Source: a virus. Taken from it: DNA of 64,000 bases. Position numbers and translations under genes: made by a program. Below, piece after piece: positions 56,860 through 64,000 of this stretch. The DNA is taken from IMG/VR virus record IMGVR_UViG_3300042691_028354, positions 1 through 64,000 of that record; one strand, 5' to 3'. Within the stretch, counting starts at the first letter, position 1; each line of letters begins with the position of its first letter. The notes beneath the pieces were generated by a model. It made no database searches. It was given only the letters and a program-made list of their open reading frames with translations, and had not been told where the DNA came from.

Positions 56860-59800
56860 ATGCCCATCAACCCGACTAGATCAGTCTCTACAGCATCTAC
56901 ACCAACCGGGATCTACCTCGGTCAGATTGTCGCGATCAGTAACGAGATCGGCCGGCTTGACGTCATGGTCAGACGACTGGCTGGCGATGCCGTGTTCCGA
57001 GGGGTTGATTACGTCGACTCTGGGTTCACCACAGCCCCCAAGGTGGGCGAGTTTGTCGCTGTCAGTTTCGTCGAAGGTCGCACCGAGAAGATCATCGTGC
57101 TCGGCCGGCTCCGGTCCGCGGTTGGTGATCCCGAAGTTGATCAAACCGGAGCCGAAGAAGGATCCATCCTGCTCCACGATGGAGCTCGCTGGTCCGTCGG
57201 TGAGGTAATCGGCACCGTCGGCAAGGTGGATGTCACTGTCGATGACGGCCAAATCGTCCTGACCCTGCCCCCCAACGTGAGCATCACCGGAGACCTTTTC
57301 GTCTCGGGAGATCTCACAGTCACCGGAACCACTACGACCGTTGATGCCGTCACGGTGGACGATCCCATCATCACCATTGGGGGCGAGTCTCCACTTGCTA
57401 GCGATGACAACCTTGATCGAGGCGTGCAGTTCTCTTGGCATACCGGCTCTGCTGCCCGTAGTGGGTTCTTCGGCTTCGATGACTCGAGTGGAAAGTTCAC
57501 CTTCATCCCGAACGCCACCATCACTGGCAACGTCGTGTCGGGTACCAAGGGCACACTTGACGCCAACATTGAGTGGACTGACGTACTCAACAAACCGGAC
57601 CCCGTCGTCACGGTAACCCTCACCGGCGACGTCACTGGGACCGCCAACACGACACTCACCGATCTGGCAAGCGGGACAGTCTCAGTGTCCACCACGATCG
57701 CAGCCAACTCCGTAGCCCTCGGAACGGATACCACCGGCAACTACGTAGCGTCGCTCGTAGCCGGAACAAACGTCACTTTGGCAAACAACTCCGGCGAAGG
57801 GGCCACTCCCTCAATCACGGTCAGTGGCACCCTCACCGACATCAACTCGATCTCGTCACCTGACTTCATCCAGTTTGACACCACGGCGACCGAGGCATCC
57901 ACTGTTGGCAAACTCACTTGGAACGACACCGACGGAACACTTGACCTGGGCTTGAAGGGTGGAGTCAGCGTCCTCCAACTCGGTCAGGAGTCCCTTGTCC
58001 GTGTTCTGAACAACACTGGGTCAACATTGGCCAATGGTCAGGTCGTGCGCGTTGCTGGCTCACAGGGTCAGCGTCTGACCGTCGCTCTCGCAACGGCAGC
58101 GAGTGAAGCTGGGTCATCCAAGACCCTTGGTGTTGTCACGGAAACGATCGCGGACGGACACTCCGGCTTCGTGACCACCGAAGGCTTGGTCAGGGGCCTG
58201 AACACAAGTGCCCTCACCGAAGGTTCGCTGATCTGGCTGAGTACCACGGCTGGAGGAATGACGACGACCCGACCGACGGCACCCAATCACGGGGTCCTAG
58301 TCGGACTCTGCACACATCAAAGCAGTGGTACCTCTGGGTCAATCTTCGTAAAGGTTCAGAATGGGTTTGAACTTGAGGAGCTCCACGATGTCTCTCTAAC
58401 TTCTCCCAGCTCCGGCCAGTTCCTGAAGTACAACGGATCACTTTGGGTCAATGACGCGATCGACCTTGCCACCGACACGGTGGGGGACTACATCGCCTCC
58501 ATCACCGGTACTTCTAATCAAGTCACCGTTACGGGGTCTGGAGGGGAATCGGCTGCGGTCACTTTGTCCCTCCCACAAAGCATTGCAACCACGTCATCAC
58601 CAACCTTTGCCGCCGTCACCACGACGGGAGTGGCTTCGGTCGGGGGGGACCTTGGCGTCACCGGCAACATCACCGTCACGGGCAACCTAACTGTCAACGG
58701 AACGACCACGACAGTCAACTCTACGACGGTCACCATTGACGACCCGATCCTTACCCTCGGCGGGGACACCGCCCCGACTGTCGATGACAACAAAGATCGC
58801 GGCATCGAGTTCCGGTACTACGACACTGCTGCCCGGATCGGGTTCTTCGGGTACGACGACTCGAGTGGCAAGTTCGCTTTCCTGCTCAATGCGACCAACA
58901 CCTCCGAGGTCTTCTCGGGAACCAAGGCCGAGATTGACGCAACCGTCGACTGGTCCAACATCGCCTCCAAGCCTGATCCGGTGATAACGGTGACACTCAC
59001 CGGGGACGTCACGGGTACAGCGAATGCGACTCTCACCGATCTTGCCAGTGGGACGGTCTCGGTGGCAACGACGATCACTGGCAACTCTGTGACCCTCGGG
59101 ACCGACACGATTGGTGACTATGTAGCGACGCTCAGTGCCGGCACCGGCGTCTCGGTCAGTGGGTCAGGCACCGAGGGTCGAGCGGCGACTGTTGCGATTG
59201 GTCAGGATGTTGGAACGTCAGCGACACCCACGTTTGGTCGTCTCACACTGAGCCAAGCAACGGGTACCGCCCCGATGACGGTGAGCTCGACCACCGCAGT
59301 CACGAATCTCAACGCCGACCTTCTTGACGGCCAGCACGGATCTTGGTGGGTTCCAACCGGAGCCATCATGCAATACGCCATGTCCACGGCCCCGGCAGGC
59401 TGGCTGCTTTGCGACGGTTCGCCAAAGCTCAAGGCTGACTATCCAGATCTGTGGGCATTGCTCGGAAACACTTACGGCACATCAAACACCACTCAGTTCT
59501 ACCTCCCTGACCTTCGAGGCCGAGTCGCCGTTGGCCTTGACAACATGGGCGGTACTGATGCCGATCGACTCGGTGTCACCAATGTCCTGGGTGGGTCTGG
59601 GGGAGTCCAAACGGTCACACTTGCCGACACACAGATCCCCACCCATACCCACAGCAACGCCCTGGGTGGTACCACGACGTTCGCCACCAGCGGCCACAGT
59701 CACTACGAAGGAAACCTTCGAGCCGCCATCGGTGCTGCCAATGGTGATGCGGTGACCATAGCGTATGTCGCTGAATCAACCTCAGTGGTCGCATCAGGGC

Positions 59801-60030
59801 GCGGCCCGTCTTCAGTAAGCTCCTACATCGTTTCTGGGGCATCGTTCTACAACGGAGCGTTTGGTCCTCTAGCGTTCAACCATCACACACGCGTCTACGG
59901 GCAAACTGACTCGGTTGTATCTGGGGGTACTGCCACGGTGACCTTGACTAATGGCGGTACGACCGGCGGGGGAGGCTCTCATGACAACATGCAGCCCTAC
60001 CTGCTGACCTGCTACATCATCAAGACCTAG
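56860..60030 (+). CDS. Baseplate spike (gpV/gp5 OB-fold) fused to fibre repeats and a tail collar domain
   Basis: N-terminal PKVGEFVAVSFVEG...IIVLG; duplicated ~165-aa unit; PTGAIMQY...APAGWLLCDG...YPDLWALLG...LPDLRGR collar. Confidence 0.8.
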   Translation: MPINPTRSVSTASTPTGIYLGQIVAISNEIGRLDVMVRRLAGDAVFRGVDYVDSGFTTAPKVGEFVAVSFVEGRTEKIIVLGRLRSAVGDPEVDQTGAEEGSILLHDGARWSVGEVIGTVGKVDVTVDDGQIVLTLPPNVSITGDLFVSGDLTVTGTTTTVDAVTVDDPIITIGGESPLASDDNLDRGVQFSWHTGSAARSGFFGFDDSSGKFTFIPNATITGNVVSGTKGTLDANIEWTDVLNKPDPVVTVTLTGDVTGTANTTLTDLASGTVSVSTTIAANSVALGTDTTGNYVASLVAGTNVTLANNSGEGATPSITVSGTLTDINSISSPDFIQFDTTATEASTVGKLTWNDTDGTLDLGLKGGVSVLQLGQESLVRVLNNTGSTLANGQVVRVAGSQGQRLTVALATAASEAGSSKTLGVVTETIADGHSGFVTTEGLVRGLNTSALTEGSLIWLSTTAGGMTTTRPTAPNHGVLVGLCTHQSSGTSGSIFVKVQNGFELEELHDVSLTSPSSGQFLKYNGSLWVNDAIDLATDTVGDYIASITGTSNQVTVTGSGGESAAVTLSLPQSIATTSSPTFAAVTTTGVASVGGDLGVTGNITVTGNLTVNGTTTTVNSTTVTIDDPILTLGGDTAPTVDDNKDRGIEFRYYDTAARIGFFGYDDSSGKFAFLLNATNTSEVFSGTKAEIDATVDWSNIASKPDPVITVTLTGDVTGTANATLTDLASGTVSVATTITGNSVTLGTDTIGDYVATLSAGTGVSVSGSGTEGRAATVAIGQDVGTSATPTFGRLTLSQATGTAPMTVSSTTAVTNLNADLLDGQHGSWWVPTGAIMQYAMSTAPAGWLLCDGSPKLKADYPDLWALLGNTYGTSNTTQFYLPDLRGRVAVGLDNMGGTDADRLGVTNVLGGSGGVQTVTLADTQIPTHTHSNALGGTTTFATSGHSHYEGNLRAAIGAANGDAVTIAYVAESTSVVASGRGPSSVSSYIVSGASFYNGAFGPLAFNHHTRVYGQTDSVVSGGTATVTLTNGGTTGGGGSHDNMQPYLLTCYIIKT

Positions 60031-60121
60031 GCCCATTCCTGAGTCACCTGAATACAGTAGTAGTACATGGCAACCCGCTGATCTGTGCTAGATGGGTGTT
60101 GCTTCGTGGAAGAATGGGCCT

Positions 60122-60433
60122 GTGGACGTACTAGCTTTCCCTTTCCGTTTCAATACGGATGGCACTCCCGTCAAGGTAGTTCAGGACTCTGAGGCGCATC
60201 ATGCCCAGCAGTTGGCCGCGCTTGTTCGCACTATGCCGGGAGAACTTCCACTGGCTCCTCAGTACGGCGTTCCTGATCCAACCTTTGACGGTCTTGATCC
60301 TGGCGCAATCGCGGCAGCAGCAGCGCTATTTCATCCGACGATCGTTATCAACGACATAGCAATCTACGCCACTCGAACCGGCCGCATAGCGGTTCAAGTT
60401 GACTTCGGTACCCAAGGCTCGGTGACCCAATGA
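60122..60433 (+). CDS. Baseplate wedge protein (gp25/gpW-like)
   Basis: LAFPFR...T.PGE.PLAPQYG. Confidence 0.8.
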   Translation: MDVLAFPFRFNTDGTPVKVVQDSEAHHAQQLAALVRTMPGELPLAPQYGVPDPTFDGLDPGAIAAAAALFHPTIVINDIAIYATRTGRIAVQVDFGTQGSVTQ

Positions 60434-62166
60434 CCTCTCCTGATGTCCGCTCCTATGTTGATCTGACCCTGTTTGACGCGAGCAGTCAGGCAATCCTCCA
60501 AAAGGCCCTTGACTACGCCATCGTTGCCCTGCCCGAGTACGAGCCACGGGAAGGGTCCATCGAGACAACGATGCTCGAGTCCATGGCCCTTGAGGTTCAA
60601 GAGGCCATCTACGCCATCAACCGACTTCCTGGTGCCGTCACCGAGGTCCTTCTACGTCTCCTTGACATCGAGCGCTCCGATGGTGTGCGAGCAACGGCCG
60701 TGGTGCGTTTCACCGGTCAGACCACAGCCGGGTTCACGGCCCCGGTTGGAACTCGCCTGATCTACCAGCCCGACTCCATCTCCGACTTTCTTCTACTTGA
60801 GACAACCGAAGCAGCCACCGGCACTCATGCCAAGCCTATTCAGTCGGCAACTCGGGCCTCCACGACACTGACTGTTGTGACCACGACTCGACATGGACTC
60901 TCAACTGGAGATCAGGTCTCAATCTCAGGAGCAGGAGACGCCCTGCTCAACTTGTCCAATCAGACCATCGCCGTCGTGGACGCTACGACTTTCACCATTA
61001 CCGTGAGCTCGTCGGGTAGCGCTTCTGCCACCACTGGCACGGTGACTCCTGCCCTCACCATCCCAGCGACAGGGTTTGCTGCTGTCCGGGCCACGACAAC
61101 AACTGGGGCCTTCAATGGTCTTGCTGGTGGAACGTCACTCAGTCTCTTGTCAATCGTGTCTCAGGTCGATGCGGCAGAACTTGAGACTCAACTACTTGGT
61201 GGATCTGAACCCGAAGACGATTCCGAGTACTTCACTCGCGCATCAGCAACACTCAGTCGCCTTTCCACGTCATTGGCTACAGCAACACAGGTCGGGCAAT
61301 ACGTCGCGGAATCCGGCCGCTATCCCGACGTTTATCGAGTGCTTGCCGTTGACAACACTGATGGCGTTCGCGTGGGCGATCTTGCCGGCTCGATCATGGT
61401 TGCTGTTGCTCCAATCGACGCCACTCCCCAAAACCTCAGTACGGGCACCGGAGATGGCTCACTGACAAGCGATGACATTGGGTATGGCACAAAGGACGAG
61501 GTTTACGACGGCATCGCCGAGCGACTGAACGCTTCGCTTGACGTGACCGTGGTTGACCCAGCAATCGTCACGGTTCAGGTGGACACCACCGTCAAACTTC
61601 CCGACGGGTTGTCGGCTGAGTCGGTTCAGGCAGCTTGCGAAGACACACTCGCCGGCTACCTCTCGCCCAATACTTGGCCATGGACTGACACTGTCCGAGC
61701 CAACGAGGTTGCCTACGCTCTGCGTCAGACGACCGTGACAAGCGGAACCGTTGTTCAGCCTGCGTGTGAATACGTGGAGTCACTGACACTTACGCCAACG
61801 AACGCCTTCGTCTCGTCCGACAGTCAGCGATTCGAGATTGATGAGGTGAGGCGCACTGGCACGACCTGCCAGGTGAACCTCTCGGCGAATCACGGCATCA
61901 CCTTTGACGCTTCGGCGGGCGAAACCCTTTGGCTGAAAGTCGGCGGCACCACGACCTCTAGCGGAGCTTTCAATACGGCGACGATTGTCTTGGCGACCCT
62001 TGCTGACACGGACCGCTTCACCTATACGCAAGGCTCAGGGCTAATCAACCCGACCCCCGATAGTGGCTATGTCTTGCCAATCAAGCGGACCGCCGGAGGC
62101 GACTTGGTGATCTACGACCCGGCCGTGCTGGTCCTCAGTGACTCTCACGACATCACTACGGCGTAG
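60430..62166 (+). CDS. Baseplate J-like protein
   Basis: VRFT...APVGT, GGSEPEDDSEY..R; inserted beta-rich HGLSTGD modules. Confidence 0.85.
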   Translation: MTSPDVRSYVDLTLFDASSQAILQKALDYAIVALPEYEPREGSIETTMLESMALEVQEAIYAINRLPGAVTEVLLRLLDIERSDGVRATAVVRFTGQTTAGFTAPVGTRLIYQPDSISDFLLLETTEAATGTHAKPIQSATRASTTLTVVTTTRHGLSTGDQVSISGAGDALLNLSNQTIAVVDATTFTITVSSSGSASATTGTVTPALTIPATGFAAVRATTTTGAFNGLAGGTSLSLLSIVSQVDAAELETQLLGGSEPEDDSEYFTRASATLSRLSTSLATATQVGQYVAESGRYPDVYRVLAVDNTDGVRVGDLAGSIMVAVAPIDATPQNLSTGTGDGSLTSDDIGYGTKDEVYDGIAERLNASLDVTVVDPAIVTVQVDTTVKLPDGLSAESVQAACEDTLAGYLSPNTWPWTDTVRANEVAYALRQTTVTSGTVVQPACEYVESLTLTPTNAFVSSDSQRFEIDEVRRTGTTCQVNLSANHGITFDASAGETLWLKVGGTTTSSGAFNTATIVLATLADTDRFTYTQGSGLINPTPDSGYVLPIKRTAGGDLVIYDPAVLVLSDSHDITTA

Positions 62167-62169
62167 GCC

Positions 62170-64000
62170 ATGCACAGCGGAAACCTTCTTGACGGCAACA
62201 CCTCACGCTTCACCTCGACCCTGCTTCAGAACGTCGGCAACTGGGTCGGTGTCACCAACTGCACCCTGAGTCGTACGACGAAGCGATTCCACACTGGCAT
62301 TGCGTCGGCACTTATCGCCCATGATGGCGTTGGTACCACAATGTCGGCGGAGTCCGGTGAAGCCGCAATGATGACCCTTGCACCGGTCACGGCACAGCAC
62401 GCCCACAGTGGCGATGACGTCTTTCGCGCCATTTTGTGGTTTCACCATGAAGTACCGAACCGAGAGGTTCGTGTAGGAATCCAGTTCTACGACATCACTC
62501 TTGACCCGATCAACTATACGTCCGCCCATTATCAAGATGTTCCCATGGGCTTCGGGGAATGGACACTTGCCGTTGTCGACGTCGTGGTCCCAGTTGATGC
62601 CGAGTTTGGCTCGGTCCGAGTTGATCTTGTCGACATTGACACATCAAGCGACCTTGACGGGCTTGTGTGGATTGACGACGTGGCGCTACTCGAGCGGGTG
62701 GAGATCTCCGAAGAGGCCTTCGTTGGAAGAGTCTCTCGCTGGATTCCGGCCTACATGCTTGAAGACGATGCGGCACAGTCAAACCCGGTGAACCCCCTGC
62801 TCAGCTTCCTTGACGTAGCGGGCGTGCAACTCTCCGAGATTCAGGAACTCATCCCAGCGTTCGGTTACGAACGAGTCGGCAATCCCCTTTACCCCACTGC
62901 CACCTCCTCACTCGTTGACCCCTCAGACTTTCCTGAAGGCGGCACAAAGGCCGAATGGCTTTCTTGGATCGCTCAACTTGTCGGTCTACGACCAGGTGCA
63001 ATCACCGAGAATCTTGATGGTGGTGCGTGGGACATCCTTGATTCGGACTATCCAACTTGGGCCGACTGGGAAGACACGCTAAACGGGGATGAACTCCCCG
63101 CTGCCGTTGCCGCCACGTCCGCAAGCCGGACATCGGGAACGGTTGAGGTTATCAAGGCAAATCACGGCCTTGTTGCTGGAGACGTCGTGAGTGTTACGGG
63201 TGCATCCCCGACCACATTCAGGGGTTTTTACGAGGTTGAGACAGCGTCGACAAACGCCTTTTACTACTCGCAGTCTTACGTCATCCAGTCACTCATCCGA
63301 GTTGGCACAACCGTCACGATCGTATGTGGTCGTCCTCATGGGCTTAGCATCGGGTCCTCCGTGATCGTGGCAGGAACGGGTGTGACTGCCGCCGACGGAA
63401 CCTTTAGCGTTACTGGCGTTTCGGAGTCGGACTCAGGTAAATCCGGCATTGACACCCTGACCTACACGACCGTTAGTTCGGGTGCTCTACTTTCCTACAC
63501 GGGTACCGTCTACCCTGCCAACGGATCTGCCACGGGCCTGAACTATCAAGTGGCTTCGGACCTGTCCTGGCGTGACGCTGAAGGTGTGAGTTTCTACTCC
63601 CTGACCCGAGCGCAGTCGCTAGCCGAGTTCATTCGCACGGGTGCTTCTGGCGTTTGGGCTGGCACCGAGGAAGGCCTGAAGCGAGCTGCTCGCATCCCAT
63701 TGAGCGGCTTTGACGAGCGTTGCAGCGTCGAGCGCAATGATGGAACATTGACCATGACCCTTGAAACGACCGTCTCGGCGGAAGTGGGGGACTGGATCGA
63801 GGTCTACGGCTCGGCGGAATCAAGCGTGAACCGCAACTACCTGATTGACTCAATCTCCACCGATCGCGGCGTTTCAATCATCACGGCCAGCAGTGGCGGT
63901 TCATACGTGGATCCCACACTTGGGTTCGTCACCAACCGACGGGTGGAAGTCGAGCGCAGTGCGTGGGTCGGTGTGATCTCGCAGATCAGTGTCACGAGCA
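62170..64000 (+). CDS. Baseplate wedge (gpI-like)/receptor-binding protein, truncated by the window end
   Basis: Partial hand translation from ATG 62170 (not in ORF track): N-terminal CBM-like region, RWIPAYMLEDD...LLSFLD, EWLSWIAQLVG, AGTEEGLKRA; no stop seen in the stretches translated. Confidence 0.75.
   Translation, partial: MHSGNLLDGNTSRFTSTLLQNVGNWVGVTNCTLSRTTKRFHTGIASALIAHDGVGTTMSAESGEAAMMTLAPVTAQHAHSGDDVFRAILWFHHEVPNREVRVGIQFYDITLDPINYTSAHYQDVPMGFGEWTLAVVDVVVPVDAEFGSVRVDLVDIDTSSDLDGLVWIDDVALLERVEISEEAFVGRVSRWIPAYMLEDDAAQSNPVNPLLSFLDVAGVQLSEIQELIPAFGYERVGNPLYPTATSSLVDPSDFPEGGTKAEWLSWIAQLVGLRPGAITENLDGGAWDILDSDYPTWADWEDTLNGDELPAAVAATSASRTSGTVEVIKANHGLVAGDVVSVTGASPTTFRGFYEVETASTNAFYYSQSYVIQSLIRVGTTVTIVCGRPHGLSIGSSVIVAGTGVTAADGTFSVTGVSESDSGKSGIDTLTYTTVSSGALLSYTGTVYPANGSATGLNYQVASDLSWRDAEGVSFYSLTRAQSLAEFIRTGASGVWAGTEEGLKRAARIPLSGFDERCSVERNDGTLTMTLETTVSAEVGDWIEVYGSAESSVNRNYLIDSISTDRGVSIITASSGGSYVDPTLGFVTNRRVEVERSAWVGVISQISVTS

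Larger units (their letters stand above)
1..64000. mobile_element. Segment of a temperate contractile-tailed phage genome in non-integrated (attP) configuration
   Basis: Terminase, portal, prohead protease, HK97 capsid, sheath, tube, tape measure, baseplate and integrase genes are present; phage-like genes lie on both sides of the att core; no host housekeeping genes seen. Confidence 0.93.

Noticed and set aside
57271-59151. Diversity-generating retroelement template/variable repeat pair in the fibre gene
   Set aside because: The duplication is in-frame, differences are not adenine-specific, and there is no reverse transcriptase in the window
337-63877. Numerous antisense and alternative-frame ORFs in the ORF track (e.g. 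337-1092, 12954-13778, 36870-37781, 48708-49445)
   Set aside because: They overlap well-supported genes and have Arg/Ser/Pro-rich shadow composition typical of GC-rich DNA
47910-64000. Extracellular contractile injection system or tailocin
   Set aside because: Capsid, portal, protease, terminase and neck genes are present, so this is a phage tail

Overview
This window is a 64-kb segment of a large, GC-rich, temperate tailed phage with a contractile tail, most likely infecting an actinobacterium (Rpf domain, leaderless TAnnnT promoters, tRNA-Pro attP). 0-12 kb: accessory and nucleotide-metabolism genes (C5 and N4/N6 DNA methyltransferases, LexA-like HTH, ThyX, dCMP deaminase, class II RNR), a secreted Rpf-type muralytic enzyme, and a tyrosine integrase beside an intact attP (3' half of tRNA-Pro(GGG), arm repeats, two perfect DnaA boxes). 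12-35 kb, minus strand: an HK97-type head operon that is greatly expanded. About 17 kb of coding sequence lies between the prohead-protease domain and the major capsid gene. It encodes large mosaic proteins with predicted effector domains (two HipA/PI3-4K-like kinases, a zeta-toxin-like kinase, a putative His-type ADP-ribosyltransferase), and an R-S-E ADP-ribosyltransferase gene lies just downstream of the capsid gene. These proteins share two short motifs (DxDxDG...GT and C-PPG-x14-C) and many x-x-K|[ASGD] sites. I infer a system of effectors loaded into the capsid and processed by the protease; this is the main candidate novelty. 35-45.5 kb: terminase, recombination genes and a ParB/PAPS-reductase/glycosyltransferase/GNAT cluster. 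45.6-64 kb: neck, sheath, tube, chaperones, tape measure and baseplate/fibre genes. All functional calls come from reading motifs by eye; no database searches were run.
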